Assembly (NCBI GenBank): GCA_017618715.1 | Contig: JAFZTS010000002.1 | Span: forward strand, 71,062-135,061 | DNA length: 64,000 nucleotides | Reading direction: 5' to 3' | DNA from: Bacteroidales bacterium | GTDB taxonomy: Bacteria; Bacteroidota; Bacteroidia; Bacteroidales; UBA3663 | Part shown: piece by piece, positions 55,699 to 64,000 of the stretch | How positions within the stretch are numbered: position 1 is the stretch's first letter | Layout of the letters: every line of letters begins with the position of its first letter | Program-made: the position numbers and the translations under genes | The notes under the pieces: generated by a model | Databases searched by the model: none | The model's input: the letters and a program-made list of their open reading frames with translations, nothing else | What the model was told of the DNA's origin: nothing

Positions 55699-56793
55699 TT
55701 ACTTGCGGAACACACGCACATAAACATACTTGGCCAACCTATCTACCTGATGGTTGATAAACTCAAACCAAGTGGGCCAACGCTTGTGATGCTTGTGCCA
55801 ATACTTGATATAGTCGATGCGGAGAAGCTTATTCTCAGGCCATAGGACGAAGTGGAAATCCAACTCTTGACAGATGGGCCAATATTTTTGATCAAAGGCT
55901 TCCATTTCCTCAATCTTGAAATCCTCGCGAGGCATGTCAAGCAAATAGAGCTTGTAAAGGATGCGCATTCGATTCTCAAAATATTGCTTCAACCAACCTT
56001 TTCTAATATGCGTTATTTGTTCGTCGTTTATGTGCTGACGATAGTATTGAAGCATATTATCAGTGACTTTCGAAAGTTGATTGATGCACTTCATCAGAAC
56101 CTTTGGATCCATGGTCTGCCCCTCTCGGTCGGCATTGTACTGATAGAGATTCAAATTGAGAAACAGAATGTTCTTCGCCCAAAATGTCGGATAACATGAC
56201 CATTTTGTATCGGTATAAGAAACTCCTTCAGTCTGTCTATACCTCATTTCTCGCAACAATTCAGTGCGATAAGTCAAGGCATGCATCAAAAAGAATCGGA
56301 TATATCCGCCTTTTAGAACCTCATCCAAGTCATAGACTCGCCCATACTCGTAGGGTTCCTTGCCCATAGTGTTATATCGGATAACCTCCTTTACACCATT
56401 TGGACCCAGCAAAGTGAATGGCGTATGGACTATGTCCGGGTTCACGTCTTTTTTGAGTGTATCATTCAAGACGGAGAGGAATTCATCGAGTGCTTTTGTG
56501 TCGAACCAATCGTCCGAATCCAAAACCTTGATGTATGATCCTTTGGCTATTGGTAATGCCGCATTGATAGTCGAACCGTAATTGCCATTGGGCTTATCAA
56601 TGACAGTAATGGTTTCAGGATATCTCTCTTGCCACATCCTTGCCACGTCCAAAGAATTATCCTGTGATCCATCATTGACCACAATAGCCTCCAACCATTC
56701 TTTGGCTCCATTCGCCTGTACCAACGACTCCAAACAACGTGGCAACAGCGCAGCCATGTTGAATGTAGGGATGATGAGGGAGAGAAGTTTCAT
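55699..56793 (-). CDS. Glycosyltransferase family 2
   Basis: LSLIIPTFNMAALLPRCLESL, VNDGSQDNS, LDSDDWF. Confidence 0.85.
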   Translation of the reverse strand: MKLLSLIIPTFNMAALLPRCLESLVQANGAKEWLEAIVVNDGSQDNSLDVARMWQERYPETITVIDKPNGNYGSTINAALPIAKGSYIKVLDSDDWFDTKALDEFLSVLNDTLKKDVNPDIVHTPFTLLGPNGVKEVIRYNTMGKEPYEYGRVYDLDEVLKGGYIRFFLMHALTYRTELLREMRYRQTEGVSYTDTKWSCYPTFWAKNILFLNLNLYQYNADREGQTMDPKVLMKCINQLSKVTDNMLQYYRQHINDEQITHIRKGWLKQYFENRMRILYKLYLLDMPREDFKIEEMEAFDQKYWPICQELDFHFVLWPENKLLRIDYIKYWHKHHKRWPTWFEFINHQVDRLAKYVYVRVFRK

Positions 56794-56798
56794 ATAAA

Positions 56799-57620
56799 CT
56801 AATAGTTTACCTTACCTACTTGTTCATCAACTAATACACAGACCGCGTGGGTACGACGACGACTCTTTTCCGGTATTTTCATATAATCACCGTAAATATC
56901 TCGCAAACATTGGTCTGGATTTGCCGGTCCCATAACCTTATGACCTTCATATTCGATTTCTTTCAAAGGAAAGATTGCATCCTTTGAGGAATATAGGCCA
57001 TAAGAGTATCTTTCCGGAGTGAAAAAATACTTGTCACTTTTTCCAAATAGATAGAAGAAGTTGAAGATTCCCTTATGAAACAGATAGGAGATTGGATAGA
57101 GGAAATAACAAACTATGGTACGAAACGTAATCAAGCAGGGATAATGATAGAATCCATAGGACAATGATATTCGTTTAGACAAATAACGGAAAAGTGACTT
57201 GGGCATTTTAGGACAATTAATACTCTTAAAAACATCCACAAATATGCCTTTGTTATAGTCCAATTTGAAACTGTCAAAATCATTGATATAGAGCGAGCGT
57301 CGATCACGTATTTTAATCAATCCTCCACCCATGCCGGAACAGGGTTCGTTTTTCTCGGTTTGAACATACAACCAATCCGGAAGTGATTTGTTGCAAACCT
57401 CAATGAACTTGTCAAAATCATCTTCAAAAACGCAAATATCGGTATCGTCATCCCAAGGAATAAAACCTCCATGACGCACCGCACCTAATAAGGTTCCATA
57501 TTCTATCCAATAACGAATACCATTATTGCGACAAACCTTATCCACTTCAAGCAAAATCTCTGTCATTCTCAGCTGAAGTGCTCGGAGGTTCCCTGTTGCC
57601 TGTGGAATACTTTCTTGCAT
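56799..57620 (-). CDS. LicD-family phosphotransferase (second paralog)
   Basis: Start at MQESIPQ (57620), 4 nt after the SDR stop. YWIEYGTLLGAVRHGGFIPWDDDTDICV signature. The 392-aa ORF-track version overlaps the SDR gene. Confidence 0.85.
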   Translation of the reverse strand: MQESIPQATGNLRALQLRMTEILLEVDKVCRNNGIRYWIEYGTLLGAVRHGGFIPWDDDTDICVFEDDFDKFIEVCNKSLPDWLYVQTEKNEPCSGMGGGLIKIRDRRSLYINDFDSFKLDYNKGIFVDVFKSINCPKMPKSLFRYLSKRISLSYGFYHYPCLITFRTIVCYFLYPISYLFHKGIFNFFYLFGKSDKYFFTPERYSYGLYSSKDAIFPLKEIEYEGHKVMGPANPDQCLRDIYGDYMKIPEKSRRRTHAVCVLVDEQVGKVNY

Positions 57621-57624
57621 ACCA

Positions 57625-58356
57625 TCAACGTTTGCGTCCGTTCTTCTTGTACCAATAGGAATCGATGCCGTACTTGTGTGGATTGTCCTGATAACGTTGC
57701 AGCACGCCCTTGAACACCTCGTCGTACTGAGGGATGAAGAGCTGCTGACGAACCTTGGAACGCTCCACGATTTCGCGAGCCAATGCGGTGGTCTGTGCCG
57801 GATCGGACTGTCCCCCATTGAACGATGTGCCCTTGAGCGAACCTGGCGAAACCTCCATGATGCGATTCTCGGAACCCTGCACCTCGAGTTCGACGTTAGC
57901 GGCTTCGATGAACATGCGCACAGCTGCCTTAGTAGCACTATAGTAGGCAAAGAGTGGAGATGACAAATGGGCAGCAATGCTTACCATCACCGCACAATGG
58001 AATGGCTTTGCCTCCAGCATCTGTGGATAGAAATGACGCAGGATACGGATTGGACCTTCGGCATTCACGGCAAAAATGGAACGAATATACTTGTCGTCGA
58101 AGTCCTCAACCATTCCTAAATGTCCATAACCTGCGGTGATATAGAGGGCATCTATATCATCGTATCTTTCAAGCGCACTATAGTCCTCGCAGGTTACATC
58201 AAAGATATCTGCCGAGATCTTCTCTTGCTTGTATTGCTCTTCGAAAGGCTTCTTGTCGAGTACAAATACACGCTCAACGTCTTCCTGTCGAGCCAAATAA
58301 AGAGACAGGGACAGGCCAATACCTGAAGCCCCACCCACAATCAGTACACGTTTCAT
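57625..58356 (-). CDS. SDR-family oxidoreductase
   Basis: VLIVGGASGIG cofactor motif and YSATK catalytic motif. Confidence 0.8.
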   Translation of the reverse strand: MKRVLIVGGASGIGLSLSLYLARQEDVERVFVLDKKPFEEQYKQEKISADIFDVTCEDYSALERYDDIDALYITAGYGHLGMVEDFDDKYIRSIFAVNAEGPIRILRHFYPQMLEAKPFHCAVMVSIAAHLSSPLFAYYSATKAAVRMFIEAANVELEVQGSENRIMEVSPGSLKGTSFNGGQSDPAQTTALAREIVERSKVRQQLFIPQYDEVFKGVLQRYQDNPHKYGIDSYWYKKNGRKR

Positions 58357-58369
58357 TTCTCAAAAATGA

Positions 58370-58747
58370 TTAATAGTGATGAAACATTCGCTCAGTCATC
58401 TGCCACTTTTCATCGCTCTTGGCATTCGGGTCACAGCCCTGATAAGCTGCAACGAAAGCTTCCCACTCGGCCTGTCGAGGCAGCGTGGCGAGTTTGGCCA
58501 TAGCCTTCTCCCAGTCGAAGTCGGCAACAGTTTCGACAATCATCACCAGATGATTATCCTTGCGGTAAATCTCCATGTCAAGAATACCGACCTCATTCTG
58601 TCCCTTCTGTATCTCAGGCCAGAACACTTCCTGGGAATGACAGTGACAATACTTGCGGATAAGTTCGGGGTCATTGGTAATGTCAAGAATCTGCACATAA
58701 CGCTTGGTAGGCTGGTCAAATTTCTTGACGGGTGTTCCTTCATTCAT
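58370..58747 (-). CDS. L-rhamnose mutarotase (RhaM)-family protein
   Basis: 125 aa. KRYVQILDI..DPELIRKY...H..VWPEI......GILDMEIYR..NHLVMIVE pattern of the RhaM/DUF718 fold. Confidence 0.7.
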   Translation of the reverse strand: MNEGTPVKKFDQPTKRYVQILDITNDPELIRKYCHCHSQEVFWPEIQKGQNEVGILDMEIYRKDNHLVMIVETVADFDWEKAMAKLATLPRQAEWEAFVAAYQGCDPNAKSDEKWQMTERMFHHY

Positions 58748-58771
58748 AATATTATATTTTTTGGAAATACA

Positions 58772-59728
58772 TCAGACACAAGCGAAGTAGTCAATGATGC
58801 CACAGAAGCGGTCATCCTTATCCAGCACGATGAGGGCATGGATAGAATTGCTGAGCATAAGGTCGGCTGCCTGCGACAACTTGGCATCAGAATGGATCTG
58901 CTTGGGGCGGCGAGTCATCACATCCTCCACCTTGAGGCGAAAGAATGCCTCACGATGGCGTTGCATGGCGCGACGCACGTCTCCGTCGGTAATGATACCC
59001 ACCACATCCTGCTGCTCATTCAATGCCACCACAAGGCCCTTGCGTCCCTGGCTGATCTTGGTGATGACATCCGAAAGCATATCCGAGGGACTAACTCTCC
59101 AGATGTCGAGTGCATCGGTGGCCATAAAGTCGCGCACTTTCGAAAGCAACCGCTTGCCAAGGCTGCCTCCCGGATGGAAACAAGCGAAATCGGCATCCTC
59201 GAAATGACGCACCTTGACCAAAGCACAAGCCAAGGCATCGCCCATGGCCAAAGTCGCCGTGGTAGAAGAAGTCGGAGCAAGATTGAGCGGATCAGCCTCA
59301 TGACTGACGGCTATATTGAGATGAATAGTGCTGTATCGAGCCAACAAGGAATCTGGATTTCCCGAGATGCCAATGATGGGTATCTCACGCTCGAGGATCA
59401 AGGGGATGAAACGAAGCAGTTCATCGGTGTTTCCCGAGTAAGAGATAGCCATCACCACGTCACCTGGAGCTATCATGCCGAGGTCACCGTGATAGGCATC
59501 GAGCGGATTCAAATAGAACGAGGGTGTACCCGTAGAAGCCAGGGTAGCTGCAATCTTCGAACCGATATGTCCCGACTTGCCTACTCCAGTCACAATGACC
59601 TTGCCACGGCAGTTCAATAACAAGTCAATCGACTTCTCGAACTCCTCTCCCATCCGTGGAATCAGATCGAGAATCGCTTGTGCCTCGTCGGTCAAACATC
59701 TTATGCCTGTATCTATTATCTCACTCAT
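58772..59728 (-). CDS. kdsD: KpsF/GutQ-type arabinose-5-phosphate isomerase
   Basis: SIS domain (VTGVGKSGHIGSKIAATLASTGTPS) plus a tandem CBS pair. Confidence 0.9.
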   Translation of the reverse strand: MSEIIDTGIRCLTDEAQAILDLIPRMGEEFEKSIDLLLNCRGKVIVTGVGKSGHIGSKIAATLASTGTPSFYLNPLDAYHGDLGMIAPGDVVMAISYSGNTDELLRFIPLILEREIPIIGISGNPDSLLARYSTIHLNIAVSHEADPLNLAPTSSTTATLAMGDALACALVKVRHFEDADFACFHPGGSLGKRLLSKVRDFMATDALDIWRVSPSDMLSDVITKISQGRKGLVVALNEQQDVVGIITDGDVRRAMQRHREAFFRLKVEDVMTRRPKQIHSDAKLSQAADLMLSNSIHALIVLDKDDRFCGIIDYFACV

Positions 59729-59771
59729 TGACTATGGATGTAAAAAAGATTATCTAAGCTCCTCAGAATAC

Positions 59772-60524
59772 TTACAGCAATGAAACAACGACTTGCTCCA
59801 GATCCTTCAAGAAGAGCATGTTCGGCCCGTCACTCAAAGCTCGCTCGGGATTGGGATGCGTCTCGAAGAAATATCCTGTAGCGCCGAATGCCTTTGCGGC
59901 CAATGCCATGGCAGGAACGAACTCGCGATTGCCACCTGTCTTGCCTCCGGCTGCTCCAGGGCGCTGAACCGAATGGGTACAGTCCATAATAACGCGTGGA
60001 ACAATCTTCAGCATATCGGGAATATTACGGAAATCTACGACCAGATTGTTATAGCCAAAGCTATTGCCACGCTCCGTAAGCCAAACCTCCTTGCCACCCG
60101 ACTCAAGCACCTTCTGCACAGGATACTGCATGTCGGCACCCGACAGGAACTGTGCCTTTTTTATATTGATACTTTTCCCTGTCTTCGCAGCAGCAACAAG
60201 CAGATCGGTCTGACGGCACAGGAAAGCTGGAATCTGTAACACATCCACCACCTCGGCAGCGGGTGCTGCTTGATACGCTTCGTGTATATCTGTAAGCAAC
60301 CGTAAGCCATATTTGGCCTTGATGTCGGCAAGCATCTGCAAGCCTTTTTCCAAGCCTGGTCCACGATAAGACGTTATCGACGTGCGATTGGCTTTATCGA
60401 ACGATGCCTTGAAAATTATCTCAAGACCATATTTGACATTGAGGCGCACCAACTCTTCAGCCACAGTCTCAAGGCATTCCTGAGACTCAATCACACAGGG
60501 GCCTGCGATGAATATCGGTTTCAT
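59772..60524 (-). CDS. kdsA: 3-deoxy-8-phosphooctulonate (Kdo-8-P) synthase
   Basis: 250 aa. AGPCVIES, FKASFDKANRTS, LQIPAFLCRQTDL, DCTHSVQ. Confidence 0.95.
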   Translation of the reverse strand: MKPIFIAGPCVIESQECLETVAEELVRLNVKYGLEIIFKASFDKANRTSITSYRGPGLEKGLQMLADIKAKYGLRLLTDIHEAYQAAPAAEVVDVLQIPAFLCRQTDLLVAAAKTGKSINIKKAQFLSGADMQYPVQKVLESGGKEVWLTERGNSFGYNNLVVDFRNIPDMLKIVPRVIMDCTHSVQRPGAAGGKTGGNREFVPAMALAAKAFGATGYFFETHPNPERALSDGPNMLFLKDLEQVVVSLL

Positions 60525-62026
60525 TTCTTCAAGGTTTTAGGGTCTTTGCGCAAAATCTTAGTGTGGATGAACCAGCTGATTTGCGGTGAAATCTTCAACA
60601 CATAGACCAGAATAAAAGCAATGACAGCTATAATCGACGTGCGGACAAGGACATCAAGCAGAGGAGAAACCTCAGACAAAGATGGAATAAACAAATTGGC
60701 CACAAAAAGAAGAACCAGGAATGGGAGAATCCTCGCATGTGCCCAACTGAATGGATTGGTCTTTATCTTGGTCTGCACAAGGTACTGCTGATAGGCGTAG
60801 CTTACCAACACCGTTATCAAAGAGGCAAATGCCGCACCACTCAAGCCCCAAATGGGAATGAAATGGAGATTGGTGATGATGGAGATGGCTGCCAGGATAA
60901 GGGCGATGAAAAGCGTCCAATAGTAATACTTTGAGAAGGATATCAGCGTATTGCCGAAATTAAGAGTTCCATAAACAACCTTCGAAAGCCCAAGGAAAAG
61001 GACGGCCCATCGACCCTCGGCGAACTTTTCTCCATTGGGAATGATTGCATATATATTATCCAAATTGATCCAAACTATCAAAAGCAGCACCGAAGAAGCG
61101 AGCATCTGATGGACGCTGACTTGACGATAGAGTTGCTGAGCACGCGCAATGTTGCCATCCTTCATCGCCTGTGAAGCCAATGGGGTACTGATGGGCGTAA
61201 TGTTGCGCGATGGCAAATTCACAATCTCTGCCATATATATCACAATGGTGTAGATGCCTGCGTCATATAATCCTTTGACACCTGCCAGCATGAAGGTGTC
61301 CATCTGCTGGATGATGTTTCCGCTGATGGTAGCCAACATCAGGAAGCCCGCATACTTGAGTACCTTGCTGCGCAATTCAGGAGTGATGAAACTCCAGTCG
61401 TGTTTGAGTGTTCGACTGCCCACACTCAACGAATAGACTCCCGCAAAAACCATGCAGACGCCGTAGCAGACGATAAACCCAACAATCAGCCCTGTCACTC
61501 CAATATATCCGAAACCGTATGCCAAATAGATGCCCAACATCATCAATCGCATGCCTATCTCACGAACTGCCTTCGGAACGGCTATCCGCATGTTGATATT
61601 GGCATAGTTTTCGGCCCATACCCAAAACGCCAGCACAATCAGCATCGGTATGACATAATAGAAATGCTGGTTGAAGAGCGGGCTCTTGGCCTCGAAATAT
61701 GATTCTATCGGACCGCGAAAGGCAAGATATAACAGCGTTATCGTAATAACTCCGAAAATCGGAAAGAGCAGATAATAATAAAGGAAGCCATGATTGCCGG
61801 TCTTTTCATCCTTGAAGTATGGAAAGAACCTCATGCCAGTGCTGCCTGAGCCAAATAGCGCCAATGAGCTCAACAGGAACGCCACCTCATAAACCACCTT
61901 GCTTAGTCCGATAACCTCTGGATCAAGGAACTTGGCGACAATGTAGAACTGGACAAAGATGCCCAGCACTACGCCAATGTAATTGACAAAGGTCCCTTTC
62001 AGGGATTGACGAACTACAACGCCCAT
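60521..62026 (-). CDS. wzx: Wzx-type oligosaccharide flippase (MOP superfamily)
   Basis: 501 aa with about 12-14 TM helices. 4-nt overlap with the kdsA start. Confidence 0.8.
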   Translation of the reverse strand: MGVVVRQSLKGTFVNYIGVVLGIFVQFYIVAKFLDPEVIGLSKVVYEVAFLLSSLALFGSGSTGMRFFPYFKDEKTGNHGFLYYYLLFPIFGVITITLLYLAFRGPIESYFEAKSPLFNQHFYYVIPMLIVLAFWVWAENYANINMRIAVPKAVREIGMRLMMLGIYLAYGFGYIGVTGLIVGFIVCYGVCMVFAGVYSLSVGSRTLKHDWSFITPELRSKVLKYAGFLMLATISGNIIQQMDTFMLAGVKGLYDAGIYTIVIYMAEIVNLPSRNITPISTPLASQAMKDGNIARAQQLYRQVSVHQMLASSVLLLIVWINLDNIYAIIPNGEKFAEGRWAVLFLGLSKVVYGTLNFGNTLISFSKYYYWTLFIALILAAISIITNLHFIPIWGLSGAAFASLITVLVSYAYQQYLVQTKIKTNPFSWAHARILPFLVLLFVANLFIPSLSEVSPLLDVLVRTSIIAVIAFILVYVLKISPQISWFIHTKILRKDPKTLKK

Positions 62027-62051
62027 TTGTAACTTTTTTTGATAATAGATG

Positions 62052-62087
62052 CTATAGTGACTATAAATACTATAGTGACTATATCTA
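62052..62087. repeat. 9-bp-period CTATAG array (4 units) between the rfbD stop and the wzx start
   Basis: ctatagtga ctataaata ctatagtga ctatatcta. The last unit contains the rfbD stop codon (62085-62087). Confidence 0.75.
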
Positions 62088-62981
62088 CAACTGCCCCTTA
62101 ATCTCCCTCAAACACTTCTCAAGCGAATGGGTCCAATAGGGAATCCTGATGCCAAAGGTCTCCTTGATCTTGGTCTTGTCGAGCACAGAGTAGGCAGGAC
62201 GCTTGACAGGCGATGGGAATTCGTCGGAATGGCATGGCTGGATATCGCAATTCGTATTGCCTGCCAATGCAGCAATCTTCATCGTGAAATCGTACCACGA
62301 GCATACTCCTTCGTTCGAATAATGATAGATGCCTGTCTTGCCTTCCCACTTGCGGTTCTCGACGATATCGAAAATCACATCAGCGAGGTCACCGGCAAAG
62401 GTAGGCGTACCCACCTGATCGAAAACGACCTTCAATGCCGGTTTTGTGGCAGTCAGATTGAGCATGGTCTTGACAAAATTCCTGCCAAAAGCGGAATAGA
62501 GCCATGCTGTACGAATAATGATGTACTTACAACCCGATGCAATAATGTTCTGCTCCCCATGCAACTTGGTTAGTCCATACACACCCGAAGGTGTTCCCTG
62601 CTGATCTTCCTTGCAAGGCACATTGTAGGGATCGGCGCCAAAGACATAGTCGGTCGAAACATGAACAAGCAGACCTCCGCGCTCTTTCATGACTTCGGCA
62701 AGGTATTGAGGAGCCTTGGCATTCAACGTTTCGCAAAACTCAGCATCCGACTCTGCCTTATCTACATTGGTATAAGCTGCACAATTAACAATAACATCCA
62801 CCTGCTCGGCTTCACACAACGCGCGTACATTATTTATATTTGTTATGTCAAGGATCGTTGTCTCGACACCTTCGGGAGCCACCACATCAGTATAAATATA
62901 ATGATTGGAAGACGTTGCCCCCAAACGCCGCATTTGATTGCCCAACTGACCGTTTGCTCCAGTGACAAGAATATTCATCAT
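62085..62981 (-). CDS. rfbD: dTDP-4-dehydrorhamnose reductase
   Basis: MNILVTGANGQLG and STDYVF, with overall RmlD length and pattern. Confidence 0.95.
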   Translation of the reverse strand: MMNILVTGANGQLGNQMRRLGATSSNHYIYTDVVAPEGVETTILDITNINNVRALCEAEQVDVIVNCAAYTNVDKAESDAEFCETLNAKAPQYLAEVMKERGGLLVHVSTDYVFGADPYNVPCKEDQQGTPSGVYGLTKLHGEQNIIASGCKYIIIRTAWLYSAFGRNFVKTMLNLTATKPALKVVFDQVGTPTFAGDLADVIFDIVENRKWEGKTGIYHYSNEGVCSWYDFTMKIAALAGNTNCDIQPCHSDEFPSPVKRPAYSVLDKTKIKETFGIRIPYWTHSLEKCLREIKGQL

Positions 62982-62992
62982 TGTTTGTTGAT

Positions 62993-63592
62993 TTACTTTG
63001 AGAACTCGGGATAAAGGTTATCGTTATAGTCGAAATCCAATGGGCCATCCAACAGATTGGCATGACGAAGATCCTTTTCCGAAAGGATAGCCTTGTCGGC
63101 AGGGATACGCCAATCGATGCCGAACATTTCATCTTTGATATTGATGCCGGCATCTGCCTGAGGATGATAGAACGCGTCGCACTTGTATTGGAAAACAGCC
63201 GTCTCGGACAGCACGGAGAAACCATGGGCAAAGCCGCGCGGAACAAAGAACTGCAAATGATTCTCCTCGTTGAGCTCCACGGCCACATGCTGGCCAAAGG
63301 TCGGTGAACCCTTGCGGATATCGACAGCGACATCAAGGACAGCACCTTTCACGCAACGCACTAGCTTGGACTGGGTATAGGGCATCCTTTGGTAATGCAG
63401 TCCACGCATCACGCCATAACTCGACATCGACTCATTGTCCTGCACAAAGCGGATGGGATGTCCAAGGATGGCATTTATCTTCTCATCAAATTCCCGTTGT
63501 GAATAACTTTCGAAAAAGTAACCTCGCGAATCCTTGAAGACTCGTGGCTCGATGATCAATACACCGGGGATAGCTGTTTCGATGATGTTCAT
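62993..63592 (-). CDS. rfbC: dTDP-4-dehydrorhamnose 3,5-epimerase
   Basis: F.DSRGYFFESY, RGLHYQ....QSKLVRCV.G.VLDVAVDIRKGSPTFG. Confidence 0.95.
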   Translation of the reverse strand: MNIIETAIPGVLIIEPRVFKDSRGYFFESYSQREFDEKINAILGHPIRFVQDNESMSSYGVMRGLHYQRMPYTQSKLVRCVKGAVLDVAVDIRKGSPTFGQHVAVELNEENHLQFFVPRGFAHGFSVLSETAVFQYKCDAFYHPQADAGINIKDEMFGIDWRIPADKAILSEKDLRHANLLDGPLDFDYNDNLYPEFSK

Positions 63593-63602
63593 AAGTTGTA
63601 TT

Positions 63603-64000
63603 TTATTCGTTTTCTTTCATTTGCTCGCGTTTCACTTTCTTGCCGCGAATGGTGTAGTGCCACCAGAGGGAAGCTACAATCTGGATAGACTGATTGGATG
63701 ATTGCTCGAATTCATCTGCCTTGGTGTCTGGCCAGATGTTAGCAAGACCATAATAATATCGGCCCTGTAACTGAAGGCTTACCTTTGGGCCGAACTTGAA
63801 CTCGTAACCGAGGCCTGCCTGAATGCCATAGTCAAACTTGCGGCTTACAGGCAACGTATGATGGGCCGTGACTTTGATGTTATATTCCGAACCTTCCTCG
63901 CCGAAATCGGCTGGCAGATTGCTATCGATCTTATCGCTCAGATACCATCCGATCTTGGGACCGGCATCAAACGCTATCTCGTTGTGCGATCCCATCTTGA
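63603..64000 (-). CDS. Outer-membrane beta-barrel ('porin family') protein; N-terminus probably beyond the window
   Basis: Alternating aromatic/Gly beta-strand pattern (GIQAGLGYEF, LQLQGRYYYGL). The ORF is open to within 5 nt of the window edge. Confidence 0.4.
   Translation of the reverse strand, partial: KMGSHNEIAFDAGPKIGWYLSDKIDSNLPADFGEEGSEYNIKVTAHHTLPVSRKFDYGIQAGLGYEFKFGPKVSLQLQGRYYYGLANIWPDTKADEFEQSSNQSIQIVASLWWHYTIRGKKVKREQMKENE

Noticed and set aside
56799-57977. N-terminally extended ORF-track models: LicD-2 to 57977, nspC to 16547, LicC-like from 20738, LicD-1 from 21507, GH9-like to 25368, PPIase to 28485, GT4 to 51578, wbqC-like to 40336, LytTR from 4982, zinc-ribbon gene to 4163.
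   Set aside because: The extensions overlap the upstream gene or a promoter box, or use GTG/TTG, and encode non-homologous sequence. Internal ATGs coincide with the family N-termini or signal peptides and with stop/start junctions.

Overview
The window is a 64-kb chromosomal segment that looks like Bacteroidota, probably Prevotella/Segatella. This is inferred from gene content, recurrent TAnnTTTG '-7' promoter boxes, and an S16 protein with an Ala-rich tail. No database search was possible, so all product calls rest on motifs read from the translated ORFs. Most of the window is housekeeping: radA, rpsP, tRNA-Thr, DPP-IV, nspC/speA polyamine genes, guaB, ftsK, trkHA, dxs, lepB, dapB and ppdK. 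There are also glycan-degradation genes (two GH43, a GH9-like protein, a Na+/solute symporter) and two glycan-decoration loci. The first decoration locus (19.8-22.4 kb) is a HisC/CobD-like aminotransferase, a LicC-like nucleotidyltransferase and LicD. The second (50.4-63.6 kb, minus strand) is a surface-glycan operon with rfbCD, wzx, kdsA/kpsF, a second LicD, GT2/GT4 enzymes, YfhO and a terminal NusG/UpxY-like gene. No CRISPR array, IS element, integrase, prophage or recognisable defence system was seen. The features worth a second look are: (1) ten tandem 42-bp units, equivalent to 20 phased 21-bp half-sites, directly after the DUF2851 stop codon; (2) a low-GC islet flanked by a roughly 95-bp duplication of the ppdK 3' end plus terminator, next to a ppdK that carries a 1-nt frameshift; (3) a 1.2-kb AT-rich gene-free region with a motif array upstream of the aminotransferase-LicC-LicD operon; (4) a family of 9-bp-period palindrome or purine-rich micro-arrays at gene junctions and inside coding regions. 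Coordinates of motifs and repeats were counted by hand.
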